Shown: positions 37,559-48,705, counted from the stretch's first letter. The stretch: DNA of 64,000 bases from Candidatus Aenigmatarchaeota archaeon (GCA_016931255.1 JAFGFG010000009.1:91627-155626); one strand, 5' to 3'. A program made the numbers and translations. Notes: generated by a model not told the origin, from the sequence alone.

Positions 37559-38323
37559 AGCATCACCTGACGAAGACTTGTGTATAATTCTTGGCTTCAG
37601 CTTGTTCTGCGCAGCTGCCTCCATTACTGCAGCTATCGGTCCGAATCCGCAGACTGAGCCGTCAATCTTTTCGAGTGTTTCAAATAATCCGTTCACGTCA
37701 AGCGTTTCTATCTTCTTCAGTGCAGCTCCATCCTTTTCATCCGCCTCTTTCACGGGAAGGTAATGCGAGAAATCCGAGGATGCTATGACAGCCACATCGG
37801 GGTCGTTCCTCATTATATTCGCTATCCTCCGTCCCAGTTCCCTGCACTGCTTCAGGAAGCCGTCCGAGTATGTGGTGTTCATTATGCAGAGAGGAACGAA
37901 TGTGAAGTCATCGCTGAACCTGTGCTGCAGGAGCGGCAGCTGCACCTCGATGCTGTGCTCATGGTCATGCGCCATAATGTCATTGCTAACGAAGTCCAGT
38001 GACTCCAGCTTCCCGGCGATTTCCTCGTCTATCCTGCACCCGCCCATCGGCGTGAGCCACACACCTTCTGACATCAGAGAGAATTCCTGCCCGAGTCCTG
38101 TGTGGTTGGGCCCGAGTATTATGAACTTGCTGGCTTTCTTCAGCGAGGATATCGCAAAGGCTGCGGTTCTTCCCGAATATACATAGCCGGCATGCGGCGA
38201 TATAACAATAGGGCAGTTGCCTTTGACATCCAGATTAGAAAACATGTGGTCCAGATGGCTTTTCAGCGCCTGCATCCCGTTCTCATAAAATGTCCCGGCA
38301 ACTGCAGGGTACCTTTCCTGCAT
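37508..38323 (-). CDS. MEMO1-family protein (AmmeMemoRadiSam B)
   Basis: PAVAGTFY, SPHAGYVYSG, GPNH, H..EHSIEVQLP, SSDFSHY, SVCG.GP. Confidence 0.93.
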   Translation of the reverse strand: MQERYPAVAGTFYENGMQALKSHLDHMFSNLDVKGNCPIVISPHAGYVYSGRTAAFAISSLKKASKFIILGPNHTGLGQEFSLMSEGVWLTPMGGCRIDEEIAGKLESLDFVSNDIMAHDHEHSIEVQLPLLQHRFSDDFTFVPLCIMNTTYSDGFLKQCRELGRRIANIMRNDPDVAVIASSDFSHYLPVKEADEKDGAALKKIETLDVNGLFETLEKIDGSVCGFGPIAAVMEAAAQNKLKPRIIHKSSSGDASGNFRSVVAYYSIGFG

Positions 38324-38356
38324 ATATTATATAATGCCTGCGTGTTTAAAATTCTC

Positions 38357-39208
38357 ATGGAGTGCTGGATGGGCATTGACATAGGAGGATCCCATGTGGA
38401 AGGCGTTCTTATCACCAGCAGGCTGGGTATAATCAAGCAAGTGAGGGAAGACATACTCAAAAGGGACAGGAAAAATTTTTTGAAGACACTGGACGACACA
38501 ATCAAAGAGCTGAATGACAAAGGCGTTAAGGGCATAGGGTTCGGCGTTCCCGGACCTGTGAAAAACGGCGTGATGTTCTGGTCATGCAATTCCACTTTTC
38601 TGGAGGGCATCGATTTCTCAAAAATCGGGATGGCTGTTTCAAAGAATGTCTCAGTTGATAATGATGTCAATGCAATGGCATTCGGCGAGGCTTTTGCCAG
38701 GAAGAAAGGAAACCTTCTGGCTGTCACGCTGGGCACCGGTGTCGGTGGAGGCATTGTCATAGATGGTAAGCCTTACAATCAGAGGTCTTTTGCAGGCGAG
38801 GTCGGACACATGTCCATAGACCCCACTGGTATTAAGTGCACATGCGGCTCCAGAGGCTGCTGGCAGGAATATGTCGGCTCCCGTGGCGTCGAGCGCCTTG
38901 CTTTCAAGCATCTCGGAAGGAAAATGAGTCCGGCGGATGCGTATGACCTGGCTGCCAGGGGCGATGGAAAAGCGAAGAAGCTCTGGGAGGAATACGGCTG
39001 TTTCATGGGTGTCGGGCTTGCGAACCTCTGCAATGTGCTTGACCCTGAAGTCATAGTGATAGGCGGCGGAATCTCCGGCGCATTCCAGTTCTTTGAGAAA
39101 TCAATGAAAAAAGAAATGAAGAAAAGGCTGAGGATGGATATCCCTGTAATAGAAAAGGCAGGGGAGAGCGCCGTCGCATTCGGCGCAGCCTGCATGGCAA
39201 AATCCTAG
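38357..39208 (+). CDS. ROK-family sugar kinase
   Basis: [35 protein letters not shown]. Confidence 0.92.
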   Translation: MECWMGIDIGGSHVEGVLITSRLGIIKQVREDILKRDRKNFLKTLDDTIKELNDKGVKGIGFGVPGPVKNGVMFWSCNSTFLEGIDFSKIGMAVSKNVSVDNDVNAMAFGEAFARKKGNLLAVTLGTGVGGGIVIDGKPYNQRSFAGEVGHMSIDPTGIKCTCGSRGCWQEYVGSRGVERLAFKHLGRKMSPADAYDLAARGDGKAKKLWEEYGCFMGVGLANLCNVLDPEVIVIGGGISGAFQFFEKSMKKEMKKRLRMDIPVIEKAGESAVAFGAACMAKS

Positions 39209-41508
39209 CCCACGTAATCCATTTCTTCTTCTCTCTTCTTGGTTTCCTTTGTGGATTTGGATCTCAGCTTCTCCATGAGCTTCTCGTAGTGCTTTATCAC
39301 TGAAGTGTCTATGCTCGGGGAGACCTCTTCAAGCGCCTGCGTGAAATGCTTGTTCTTGACATCCTTCGTGTTCATGTTTTCCCTCATCGCATTCAGCCCT
39401 GCTTCCCTCACAACTGATTCAAGGTCTGCGCCCGAATGACCTTCTGTCTCCTTTGCAATCTTCTTCAGGTCCACGTCCTTTGCAAGCGGCATGTTCTTGG
39501 TGTGCACCTTGAGTATCTCCAGCCGAGCCTTCTCTTCGGGAGCCTGGACGAGCACCTGCCTGTCGAACCTTCCCGGCCGCATTATCGCGGGGTCCAGCAT
39601 GTCAGGCCTGTTGGTCGCTGCCATTACAGTTACGTTGTGCATGTCCTCAAGTCCTGACATCTCTGTCAGTATCTGGGAAACGATATTCTCCGTTACCCTT
39701 GTACCGAGGTTCATGCCCCTTCTTGGCGTCAGCGAGTCTATCTCGTCGAAGAATATTATGCTCGGGGCGACCTGCTTGGCCCTCCTGAATATTTCGCGTA
39801 TCTTCTTCTCGGATTCCCCTACCCACATCGTGAGCACTTCCGGTCCCTTGACTGAGATGAAGTTAGCGCCGGCTTCTGTCGCGACAGCCTTTGCTATCAT
39901 GGTCTTGCCGCATCCAGGAGGCCCGTAGAGCAGTATTCCTGCAGGCGGTCTTATGCCCAGCCTGTCGAATGCCTTCGGGTTCTGCAGTGGCCATTCAACC
40001 ATCTCCTTGAGACGCTCTTTCACATTCTCAAGCCCGCCTACATCATCCCATTTCACGTTCGGTATCTCTATCATGACCTCTCTCATTGCAGACGGCTCCA
40101 CCATCTTCAGGGCGTTGTCGAAGTCGTTCTTCGTGACCCTGAGATTCTCAAGCACTTCCTGCGGAAGCTGGTCGGATTCCTTCCAGGACATGTTCGGGAG
40201 GTTTCTTCTCAATGCGGACATCGCGGCCTCCTTTGCTAGCCCTTCGAGGTCTGCGCCAACATAGCCGTAGGTCTTGTTCGCAAGCTCTGTGATGCTCACG
40301 TCCTTTGCTAAAGGCATGTTCCTTGTGTGTATCTGGAGCACTTCCTTCCGGCCCAGTGTGTCAGGAACGCCTATCTCCACTTCCCTGTCGAAACGTCCGC
40401 CTCTTCTCAGTGCCTCGTCAATGGCATTTGGCCTGTTCGTGGCAGCTATCACTACGACCTTTCCCCTGGACTTAAGCCCGTCCATGAGCGTCAGCAGCTG
40501 CGACACCACGCGCCTCTCGACCTCGCCTGTCACATTCTCCCTCTTCGGGGCAATGGAGTCTATCTCGTCTATGAAGATTATGCTCGGCGCCTTCTTCTCC
40601 GCTTCCTCGAAAACCTTCCTCAGGTTCTCCTCGGAGCCGCCGTACCACTTGGACATCATCTCCGGTCCGGCTATTGAAAAGAAGCTTGCTCCTGATTCAT
40701 TCGCCACGGCCTTTGCAAGTAGTGTCTTTCCAGTGCCGGGAGGGCCGTACAGAAGCACGCCTCTCGGGGGGTCTATGCCGACGCGCCTGAACAATTCAGG
40801 ATGCCTCAGCGGAAGCTCGACCATTTCCCTTATCTTTTCCACAGAGTCGCGAAGGCCGCCTATGTCCTCGTATGTTATCGTGGGTATGCTTTTCTCTTCC
40901 TCATCAATCGCCTCCGGGCTTATCTCCAGCTCGGTCATGTCCGTGACCTTGACCGCGCCGTCCGGGCTTGTTGAGACAACCTTGAATTTCAGGTTGCTTG
41001 GCATCGGTGTGAATGAGGACTGGAAGTCGTCCATGTCTATGCCGAATGATCTGAATATGTCGTCGAAGGGACTGGATGAGCGTGTTTCCCTTCTCTTGAC
41101 AACAGGTGACGGGTCGAGTATGTCACCCTTTCTTACGGGCCTGAACAGCAGATTCCTTTTCATAAGGTCAGGGCTTATCATGACACGGATGCCTTTCGTG
41201 GCAGGTGCAAGGGTGACCTTATGTGCATCCTTTGCATCGACCTTCGTTACCCTGATGTTTTCACCTACGCCTATGCCGGCATTCCTACGCGTTATGCCGT
41301 CCATCCTCACAAGGCTCAGTCCTGCGTCCGCAGGATATGCCCTTATAGTTATTGCGACTGTCTTCCGCTGGCCTTCCAGCCCGACAATGTCTCCTTCCTT
41401 GAGTCCCAGCTCCTTCATGCTGTTGCTGTCCATCCTGATGAGTCCCCTTCCGGACTCCGTCCTGTCGGTAAGTTCACCGACCCTCAAACTGATTTCCTTG
41501 TCTCCCAT
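39205..41508 (-). CDS. cdc48: CDC48/VAT AAA+ ATPase
   Basis: Two AAA modules ([16 protein letters not shown]), N-domain, C-terminal HbYX-like DYVG. Confidence 0.97.
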   Translation of the reverse strand: MGDKEISLRVGELTDRTESGRGLIRMDSNSMKELGLKEGDIVGLEGQRKTVAITIRAYPADAGLSLVRMDGITRRNAGIGVGENIRVTKVDAKDAHKVTLAPATKGIRVMISPDLMKRNLLFRPVRKGDILDPSPVVKRRETRSSSPFDDIFRSFGIDMDDFQSSFTPMPSNLKFKVVSTSPDGAVKVTDMTELEISPEAIDEEEKSIPTITYEDIGGLRDSVEKIREMVELPLRHPELFRRVGIDPPRGVLLYGPPGTGKTLLAKAVANESGASFFSIAGPEMMSKWYGGSEENLRKVFEEAEKKAPSIIFIDEIDSIAPKRENVTGEVERRVVSQLLTLMDGLKSRGKVVVIAATNRPNAIDEALRRGGRFDREVEIGVPDTLGRKEVLQIHTRNMPLAKDVSITELANKTYGYVGADLEGLAKEAAMSALRRNLPNMSWKESDQLPQEVLENLRVTKNDFDNALKMVEPSAMREVMIEIPNVKWDDVGGLENVKERLKEMVEWPLQNPKAFDRLGIRPPAGILLYGPPGCGKTMIAKAVATEAGANFISVKGPEVLTMWVGESEKKIREIFRRAKQVAPSIIFFDEIDSLTPRRGMNLGTRVTENIVSQILTEMSGLEDMHNVTVMAATNRPDMLDPAIMRPGRFDRQVLVQAPEEKARLEILKVHTKNMPLAKDVDLKKIAKETEGHSGADLESVVREAGLNAMRENMNTKDVKNKHFTQALEEVSPSIDTSVIKHYEKLMEKLRSKSTKETKKREEEMDYVG

Positions 41509-41523
41509 AACACCACCTTTAAT

Positions 41524-41736
41524 TTACTCATCCCTTATTCTTAATATTATCGAATGCTTGGTCTTTATGACCTCCATCCTCGGCTCCTTCCTCACGGTTT
41601 CTATTATCCGGACGTACTTCCGTATTGTCACGTTGTGTATCCCCGTTTCCTGTGAAAGCTCATTGATTGAGCAGGCGCTGCTCCTCTCCAGTGCCCGGAA
41701 TATCTCCTGCATTATCTCCAGCGGATCCTTCCTCAT
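41524..41736 (-). CDS. Small winged-helix regulator
   Basis: IF.ALE....SINELSQETGIHNVTIRKY HTH. Confidence 0.7.
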   Translation of the reverse strand: MRKDPLEIMQEIFRALERSSACSINELSQETGIHNVTIRKYVRIIETVRKEPRMEVIKTKHSIILRIRDE

Positions 41737-41752
41737 ATCAATCACATTCTTT

Positions 41753-41896
41753 CTAATTCAGGGAAAGCATCTGTTCAAGAAGACCCGCATTGGGACCGTT
41801 CCTTCCGGGCCTCTCGTCAAGCTTCTCCTGATAGTATCTCTCTATCTGCCTTGTCACAGGTCCGGCTTCGACAGCATCCATCACATATCTGTTCAT
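41753..41896 (-). CDS. 47-aa small protein (absent from the ORF track)
   Basis: MNRYVMDAVEAGPVTRQIERYYQEKLDERPGRNGPNAGLLEQMLSLN, with strong RBS GGAGGGTGA just upstream. Confidence 0.5.
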   Translation of the reverse strand: MNRYVMDAVEAGPVTRQIERYYQEKLDERPGRNGPNAGLLEQMLSLN

Positions 41897-41923
41897 GAAA
41901 TCACCCTCCCACGCGCCTTCTCA

Positions 41924-42033
41924 CAGTATACACAAATACACACGTACACTCATTTTATCAGTATACACATGTCCATATTCATGTATGCATATCTATATAC
42001 TATAATATCAAGACATATATAAACCTTTCGGTT
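41924..42033 (-). promoter_or_regulatory. Promoter and repeated operator-like sites of the wHTH-cdc48 operon
   Basis: Minus-strand CCGAAAGG-TTTATATA; two exact CAGTATACACA copies (41924-41934, 41959-41969) plus degenerate TACAC/TATAC sites. Confidence 0.55.
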
Positions 42034-42180
42034 GTATGGGCTTTGTGTATTAAGTGACGTTTGCTGGATATGCATAAAATCCGGTGAATGAAAATTTCAA
42101 TAAATTGAAATAATGCATAAGAAATGCAAAATGAATAGCTTTGTTGTTGAATAACGCGTCTGATAGATGTTGCTTACTGC

Positions 42181-42342
42181 TTAGTTCCTCTTCTTCGCGA
42201 AACAATCCCTGCAAAATACATCTCTGCCTTCTGTCGGCTTGAACGGAACTTCGCATTCTTTCTTGCATTCCGCACAGATTGCTTTGTGCATTTCTCTTGG
42301 ACCGAAATCCCTTCGAGGGCCTCGGTTTTCGTAATTTCCCAT
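42181..42342 (-). CDS. CxxC-x17-CxxC domain small protein (absent from the ORF track)
   Basis: MGNYENRGPRRDFGPREMHKAICAECKKECEVPFKPTEGRDVFCRDCFAKKRN; RBS GGAGG. Confidence 0.9.
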   Translation of the reverse strand: MGNYENRGPRRDFGPREMHKAICAECKKECEVPFKPTEGRDVFCRDCFAKKRN

Positions 42343-42465
42343 AATATTTCCTCCAATAAACGCGAAAAGAGAATAAACTCCAGACGCTGCTTGCTTTTTG
42401 GATAAGTCACTTTATAAGTGTTCAGTGGCCATTTTGCACGAAAACGCTGTATTTTGCGCCCGGAA

Positions 42466-43206
42466 TCACAGCCTGAGCTTCCCTGACTGTATCCGCATGA
42501 TTACCATTCTCGACAGCCGCACGACATCGGGGACGCCGCCCTTCAGCAGCAGGTTCTTCTTCAGTGCCATCCTCTCGATGGTCTCGCTGTGGTTCTCACC
42601 AGGCTCCACGCCGAATTCCCTCTCTATTGCCCCGGGATACTTCTCCATTATTCCCTCAAGTGCGACCTCGGGATGCTTCACGCTCGCGAAGTCCTTCGTG
42701 CCTATGACGACATGCTTGGTGTTGTCCTTCTCGCCGTAGGGTATGACTCCGGGGGTGTCGAGGAGCAGTATCCTCCTGTCCGCGCGTATCGGCTGCTCTC
42801 GCTTGGTATGTCCCGAAAGGCTGCTGGTCGAAGCGGAATGCTTCCCTTTCAGAAGGTTTATCACCGAGGACTTCCCGACATTTGGATAGCCGAGGACGCC
42901 CACCTTTATGTCGTGGTACTTTCCGTACTTCTTCTCCCCTTCTATCAGTATTCTCTCCCTCAGCGACTTCTTGCCTGTGCGCTCCTTGACTGACACAAGC
43001 ACGTAGGGCCTCGGTATGGTGATCTTGTCTATCTTTCCTGCAAGGTCTGACTTTGTCACAGCGAAGATGTAAGGCTTGTAGCGGCTGTTTATCTTTGCAG
43101 TGATTTCCTCGTTCATGGTCTCCTGAATGAACCTTGCATCAAGGACTATCACGAGGAGATCTGCTTTTTTTATGGTCTGGTTGACAGACTGCCACATAAT
43201 GCTCAT
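42466..43206 (-). CDS. Circularly permuted GTPase (RbgA/YlqF/Lsg1 family)
   Basis: DAR, TKSD (G4) preceding GYPNVGKSS (G1), then DTPG. Confidence 0.9.
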   Translation of the reverse strand: MSIMWQSVNQTIKKADLLVIVLDARFIQETMNEEITAKINSRYKPYIFAVTKSDLAGKIDKITIPRPYVLVSVKERTGKKSLRERILIEGEKKYGKYHDIKVGVLGYPNVGKSSVINLLKGKHSASTSSLSGHTKREQPIRADRRILLLDTPGVIPYGEKDNTKHVVIGTKDFASVKHPEVALEGIMEKYPGAIEREFGVEPGENHSETIERMALKKNLLLKGGVPDVVRLSRMVIMRIQSGKLRL

Positions 43207-43257
43207 GAAGAAGAAAGAGATTCATGAAATATTAATACGATGCACAGAAGAATACTC

Positions 43258-43815
43258 ATGGCTGAAGTGAAGATACTTCTGGAGGGCTATGCCTCAGGCG
43301 ACGGTGGGGATGACGATTCATGCTCATGCTCGACTGTGACGCTCGTCCGGGATGGGGATATTGTCATGATTGTCGACCCCGGGACTCTGAAAGACAGGAA
43401 ACTGCTTACAGACGCTCTCGCAAAAGAGGGACTCTCCGTTGATGATGTCAGCGTGGTCTTCATAACGCATTCCCACATGGACCATTTCAGGAACATAGGG
43501 ATGTTCCCGAAGGCAAAAGCCATCGACCACTGGGGCTGGTGGTCCGGTGACGAATGGTCTGAATGCAACGGCAAGGTGACGGAGGATATTGAAATCCTGA
43601 AGACCCCGGGCCACAGCGGCGGCAGCGTTACGCTTTTCGTGAAGACATCCAAAGGCATCGTGGCCATCTGCGGCGACGTGTTCTGGAAAGAGAACTATCC
43701 AGAGAAGGACCCGTATGCCACCAATCCGGCAAAACTGGAGAAGAGCAGGAAAATTGTTTTAGAGAAGGCTGACTGGGTGATACCAGGCCACGGTCCGATG
43801 TTCAGGTCCAGCTAG
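43258..43815 (+). CDS. MBL-fold metallohydrolase
   Basis: THSHMDH, TPGHS, GD, PGHG. Confidence 0.9.
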   Translation: MAEVKILLEGYASGDGGDDDSCSCSTVTLVRDGDIVMIVDPGTLKDRKLLTDALAKEGLSVDDVSVVFITHSHMDHFRNIGMFPKAKAIDHWGWWSGDEWSECNGKVTEDIEILKTPGHSGGSVTLFVKTSKGIVAICGDVFWKENYPEKDPYATNPAKLEKSRKIVLEKADWVIPGHGPMFRSS

Positions 43816-44555
43816 GCTTCGAGCCTACTGAAGAAGCGCGTGCCTATGAATGAGAGCGCAATTATCAGCACTGCTATCACTGACACGTCTAGAAGCGCCG
43901 GGAATTCCGTTGCCCCACCCATCGCGTGCTTCAGCATGTCCACCCCGTATGTCATGGGATTTATGATAGTTACCATTCTTATCGCTGCCGGGAAATTGCT
44001 GACAGGGAACAGCGCCCCGGATAGGAAAAACATGGGCATGACGAGGAAATTCATTATGGTCGGGAACGTCTGCATGTCATCCAGCCTTGATGCTATTGTG
44101 GTGCCCAGCAGCGTGAACATAAAAGACAGCGCGAACATGGACAGTACCGCTACAGGAAGCATGAGCCAGTTCATCGTGAAGCCGAGCGGGATACTTATGA
44201 GAAGTACGAGCATGCCCTGGATAGTGCTCGTGGTTGCGCCGCCTAGGCACCTCCCGATGAGGAGTGATATGCGGGACACGGGTGCAATCAGCGTCTCCTT
44301 GAGGAAGCCGAAGTTCTTGTCCCATATGAGCGACACCCCGTTCATGACAGAGCTGAAGAGAACAGCCATGCCCACTATTCCCGGAATAAGGTACTGCATG
44401 TAGTTGCCTGCGCCCGCCTGCTCGAACACAGGGCCGAAGCCGAATCCGAAAGCCAGAAGGAACAGCATCGGCTGGACGAGCGAGACGACAAGCCTGGACC
44501 TCCATCTGGCATACTGCTTCAGCTGCCTTTCCTACATCACGTAAACGGCATTCAT
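43812..44555 (-). pseudogene. ABC-2 (DrrB-like) permease interrupted by an in-frame TAG at codon 8
   Basis: ATG at 44555 overlaps the ATPase stop; MNAVYVM*ERQLKQYARWRSRLVVSLVQP..; TAG at 44532-44534, where homologues typically have Trp. Confidence 0.7.
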
Positions 44556-45340
44556 CGTCTCATCCTCCTCACGTTCCTAAGCCTTTCAAGTGCGCTGACG
44601 TTCTCTTCCCGTATGTCGTAGCCTGTCAGCCTGAGGAACGCGCTCTCAAGTGATTTTGTCTTAGTCCTTTTCATTATCTCCTTCGATGTCCCGGTGATGA
44701 TTATCCTGCCTTTGTCTATCACTGCTATCTTCGTTGCTATCTTCTCAGCCTCTTCCATGTTGTGGGTGGTGAAGAATATGGTCATATCCTTCTCGCGGTT
44801 TATCTTCCTTATGTGCTCCCAGAGGAAGTTCCTTGTCTGGACGTCCAGCCCTATGGTCGGCTCGTCGAGGAAAAGTATTTCAGGTGAATGGAGGAGTCCG
44901 CGCGCAATTTCCACCCTCCTCTTCATGCCGCCTGAGAACTTGCCTACGAGGTCGTCCTTCCTGTCGAGCAGGTTCACGTATTTGAGAAGGCTTTCTATTT
45001 TTTCCTTCCTCTCACTCTTCGGCACCCTGTAGAGCATCGCATGATAATAGAGATTTTCATATGCGGTGAGGTCGTCGTCGAGGCTGTAATCTTGGAATAT
45101 GACGCCTATCCTTTCCCTCACGGAACTCTTGTTTTCACTTACAACATGTCCTCCGACTTTCATCTCGCCTGATGTCGGCGACAGCATGGTGGTCAGCATC
45201 TTTATTGTCGTGGATTTTCCCGCGCCGTTGGGTCCCAAAAATGCGAATATCTCACCTTTCTCTACAGTGAAGCTGACTTTGTCTACTGCTGTGAGATTCC
45301 CGAATTTTTTGGTGAGATTGCTGACTTCTATGGCTGTCAT
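44552..45340 (-). CDS. ABC transporter ATP-binding protein (DrrA-like)
   Basis: GPNGAGKST, FSGGMKRR, LDEPT. Confidence 0.93.
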   Translation of the reverse strand: MTAIEVSNLTKKFGNLTAVDKVSFTVEKGEIFAFLGPNGAGKSTTIKMLTTMLSPTSGEMKVGGHVVSENKSSVRERIGVIFQDYSLDDDLTAYENLYYHAMLYRVPKSERKEKIESLLKYVNLLDRKDDLVGKFSGGMKRRVEIARGLLHSPEILFLDEPTIGLDVQTRNFLWEHIRKINREKDMTIFFTTHNMEEAEKIATKIAVIDKGRIIITGTSKEIMKRTKTKSLESAFLRLTGYDIREENVSALERLRNVRRMRR

Positions 45341-45368
45341 TTCTTTCACATGATATAGATGGCGCATC

Positions 45369-46649
45369 TTATTCATATCTCAATGCGTCTACAGGCTTCA
45401 GCCTTGATGCCCTGTATGCTGGTATGATGCCGGCCAGCATGGAGATTCCTACTGCTATTCCCATTGCTGACAGTAGAAGCTCGGGTGTGACGAGCGTCGA
45501 ACTGAACATGTTCATCATCCCCCCTCCGGGACCTCCTCCTGTGGTTGTCGTGATTCCGCTGTTCATGAATGATGATACAATTGAACCGAGCACTATCCCG
45601 ATGAGCCCGCCGACGACACCTACAAGTGCAGAGTTCATCATGAAGATTGCCATTATGTCCCTGTTCCTCGCGCCTATTGCCTTCATTATGCCTATCTCTT
45701 TGGTCTTCTCGAGGACAGTGGTGAACATCGTGTTGGCTATGCCGACTGCACCAACGAGCAGCGAAACGGCTGCTATCGCTCCCAGGAAGAGTGTGATAGT
45801 TTCCGTTGCCGAGCTTATGGTCTCCTGCATGCTGGCTGATGACGTTATGGAGTAGTCCTTGGTGTTCGTTGTCACATGTCTTGTCATCATGAGCTTTTTG
45901 TCTATGGCATCCATGGTCTCTTCTATGAGCTCAGCATCCTCGACCTTCACGGTTATGGAATCAAACTCCTCGTCCCCTATGCTTTCAAGCAGTGACCTAG
46001 CAGCTTCTATGGGCATTATGACAGACGTGTCGCTTCCTCCCATCATGCTTCCGCTTTCCTTGAGTATGCCCACTATCTTGAAGGACCTTTCCTCAATTGT
46101 TATTACCCTGTTCAGCACGAGCGGCTGCTTGAAAACGTCATTAGCCAGCCGGCTTCCTATGATTACTGATGCATAGTTGGATGTCGTCAGAAACCTTCCT
46201 GACTCAAGTTCGGACGTCGTGACCGTGTTCCACGAAAGCGGGTCTACACCTGTTATGCTTATCCTTGAATCCTCCCCAAGATAGTATATCTCCCCGTTCC
46301 CGCTGACCGTGCCGCTTACCATATCCACGTTTTCGACTGATTTTATGAATTGGATATCTTTCTTTGTCAGGTTATTGCTGGTTCCCGAAGTACCAGTGTT
46401 CATGTTCCCTCCAGACATTCTCATTGCGAAGGACGATGATGCCCTTGAGCCTCCCGGGCTTATGGTTATCAAGTCCGCTCCAAGCCCTCCAAGCTGGCTT
46501 TCCACTGACTGCTGCATGCCTTCGCCTATGGACACTATCGCGACCACAGCAGCTACGCCTATGACTATTCCTATGATAGTCAGCCAGCTCCTTAGTTTGC
46601 TGTGCAGCAGGATGTTCAGTGCCAGCCTGAAGGACTTGGACGTTTTCAT
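45369..46649 (-). CDS. MacB/FtsX-family ABC permease
   Basis: RS.LT..GI.IG, IAAVSLLVG..GI.N.M...V.E.T.EIG..KAIGA, PA.RA..L.P..ALRYE. Confidence 0.93.
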   Translation of the reverse strand: MKTSKSFRLALNILLHSKLRSWLTIIGIVIGVAAVVAIVSIGEGMQQSVESQLGGLGADLITISPGGSRASSSFAMRMSGGNMNTGTSGTSNNLTKKDIQFIKSVENVDMVSGTVSGNGEIYYLGEDSRISITGVDPLSWNTVTTSELESGRFLTTSNYASVIIGSRLANDVFKQPLVLNRVITIEERSFKIVGILKESGSMMGGSDTSVIMPIEAARSLLESIGDEEFDSITVKVEDAELIEETMDAIDKKLMMTRHVTTNTKDYSITSSASMQETISSATETITLFLGAIAAVSLLVGAVGIANTMFTTVLEKTKEIGIMKAIGARNRDIMAIFMMNSALVGVVGGLIGIVLGSIVSSFMNSGITTTTGGGPGGGMMNMFSSTLVTPELLLSAMGIAVGISMLAGIIPAYRASRLKPVDALRYE

Positions 46650-46652
46650 TGA

Positions 46653-47942
46653 CTACCTCGTCTTCTTTACCTTTGCCATGATGGCTTTCCTCTTTTTGTA
46701 TGCAATGACAACGACTATTATCATTGCTGCGTATATTCCGTACATGTAGTATCCGCTGTTGCTGTTCTGCCTGTATGAAGCTACCCCCGATGCCGTTGTC
46801 GTGCTTACGCTTCCGGTAAGTTCAACAGGCACGGTCTTCTCAAGCACGTGCCTTGCGCCTGTCGTGTCCGTGTATTCTATCAGCACCTCAAGCTCGTTGC
46901 CGTTGAAGCTTCTTGTCGTGTTCATGGCTGCGTCCATGTTCCTTGGGAATCTTGTCATGCTTTGGTTCATTCCAATGTCAGGAACTGCGAAATTCGAAGA
47001 ACTCACTGTGAACGACACTATGGTGTAGTCGCCCCTGTCGAGGTTTCCTATTATCGATGACGAGCTTCCGGATACTGTGAATTCATCCTGCTGGGGTATC
47101 CTCACGGTCACTGACAGTGCAGGGTTGTTTCCCACGTTGGAGACAGAGAGTGAAAGCTGTCCGTTGGAGCTTTCTGAGAATGTCACGTCAAAGTCAGTCT
47201 CGCCTCCGATGAAGATTCCTGCTTTCGTGTTCATTTCTCCTGTTCCTTCCGCTGTTTCGTATTCCAGGCTGAGATCGATCTGGTACAGTCCCGGGTCGGC
47301 GTTTATGTCAGCCACGACCTTGTACTCCAGCACAACGGACTCGCCCACATCCACATATGGGATGTACTTCGTGTCATCCGAATATACCGGCAGTATTGCC
47401 CCGTTCCCCTCGTTCCATGAGAATACCACGTTCTGGAGAGGGGAAGTCCCGACATTCGTGAGTGTGAATTTGAGAGGTGTCTCATTCCCTGGAACGAGTA
47501 TCGCCTTGTCTATATACAGTATCTGCGCGAACTCGCTTCCGCTCACGTCTATGTCGTAGCTTTCTGTTACCGACACTCCGTTGGGGTCGGTTCTCTTGAG
47601 CTCTATTTCATTTACACCTTTTATTGCATCCTTGTCGATCCTGACAGTATACTTCAGGTTAACCGCGTCAGAGCCTGTCTGATACGGCGAAAGGCTTACT
47701 GTCCTTACGTAGTCCTCGCCGGGGACCGACATGAAAGGATACGCCGGAACAAGCTCGAATTCGATGTTGTTCGCGGAATATCCCCCCGTGTTTTCGACCA
47801 TGAACCTGATATCGAGCATCTCTCCTGCTTTCGCAGGATCCGGATTCTGATTCAGAAGCGATACATCATATTCCGCCGCTGATACAGTCCCGATACCCAA
47901 AATCATCATGATCAGGCAAAAGGAAATTAATCCATTTTTCAT
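46653..47942 (-). CDS. COG1361-type S-layer-like / Ig-domain accessory protein
   Basis: Signal peptide, Q.PDPA..G, repeated N.G motifs, C-terminal TM and basic tail. Confidence 0.8.
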   Translation of the reverse strand: MKNGLISFCLIMMILGIGTVSAAEYDVSLLNQNPDPAKAGEMLDIRFMVENTGGYSANNIEFELVPAYPFMSVPGEDYVRTVSLSPYQTGSDAVNLKYTVRIDKDAIKGVNEIELKRTDPNGVSVTESYDIDVSGSEFAQILYIDKAILVPGNETPLKFTLTNVGTSPLQNVVFSWNEGNGAILPVYSDDTKYIPYVDVGESVVLEYKVVADINADPGLYQIDLSLEYETAEGTGEMNTKAGIFIGGETDFDVTFSESSNGQLSLSVSNVGNNPALSVTVRIPQQDEFTVSGSSSSIIGNLDRGDYTIVSFTVSSSNFAVPDIGMNQSMTRFPRNMDAAMNTTRSFNGNELEVLIEYTDTTGARHVLEKTVPVELTGSVSTTTASGVASYRQNSNSGYYMYGIYAAMIIVVVIAYKKRKAIMAKVKKTR

Positions 47943-48667
47943 TTTTCATCCCTCCTATTTTTTGAGATATCATGCTTTTTGTTGGCAGTTGTCTTCTCGA
48001 TTTTACCGTCTTTCAGGTAGATTACCCTGTCAGCATATCTTATCATTCCAAGGTCATGCGTTACCACTATTACAGTCTTATTCTCCTCACTGTGCATCTT
48101 GCTGAGGAAGTCCATTATGAATTTCCCTACCTTGCTGTCAAGGTTTCCGGTGGGCTCGTCCGCGAGTATTATACCCGGATTGACTGCCAGTGATCTAGCA
48201 ATCGCCACTCTCTGCATCTGGCCACCCGACAGTTGCGAAGGGAGGTGAGTAATCCGGTCTTTCAGACCTATTATGTCCAGAAGTTCCATAGCTCTTTTTC
48301 TGGCGATGCTGTCGTCAACGTCCTGGAAAGCCAGCGGGAGCATCACATTATCGAGGGCGTTGAGTGTTGGTATGAGGTTGAACTGCTGGAATATGAACCC
48401 TATATTCTGGCCTCTCGTGATGGCGAGCTTCGATTCAGTCATACTCGCTATGTTTTCGTTGTCAAGCATTATTTTCCCTCTGGTGGGTATGTCAAGACAG
48501 CCAATCAGGTTCATCATCGTGCTCTTCCCGCTTCCGCTCGAGCCTGCTATCACTATGAATTCACCCCTGTTCACAACGAGGTTTATGCCCTGAAGCGCGG
48601 GAACCTCTACCTCACCCATCTGGTACACCTTCCACACGTCATCAAATGCTATTATCGGTTTTACCAT
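47939..48667 (-). CDS. ABC transporter ATP-binding protein (LolD/MacB-like)
   Basis: GSSGSGKST, IGFIFQQFNL, LSGGQ.QRVAIAR, ADEPTGNLD. Confidence 0.94.
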   Translation of the reverse strand: MVKPIIAFDDVWKVYQMGEVEVPALQGINLVVNRGEFIVIAGSSGSGKSTMMNLIGCLDIPTRGKIMLDNENIASMTESKLAITRGQNIGFIFQQFNLIPTLNALDNVMLPLAFQDVDDSIARKRAMELLDIIGLKDRITHLPSQLSGGQMQRVAIARSLAVNPGIILADEPTGNLDSKVGKFIMDFLSKMHSEENKTVIVVTHDLGMIRYADRVIYLKDGKIEKTTANKKHDISKNRRDEK

Positions 48668-48705
48668 TAGAAGAAACATGCAGGAAACAGGTTATACCAT
48701 TTCCA

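Noticed and set aside
40274-42022. 582-aa plus-strand ORF, and similar long antisense ORFs (8002-8763, 9786-10676, 16631-17512, 22033-22890)
   Set aside because: Antisense shadows of cdc48, alaS, ftsZ and leuS, with Ser/Phe/Leu-rich composition and no motifs
44532-44534. Genome-wide amber recoding
   Set aside because: TAG terminates many conserved genes at their expected ends (rps9, rps10, alaS, leuS, cdc48)
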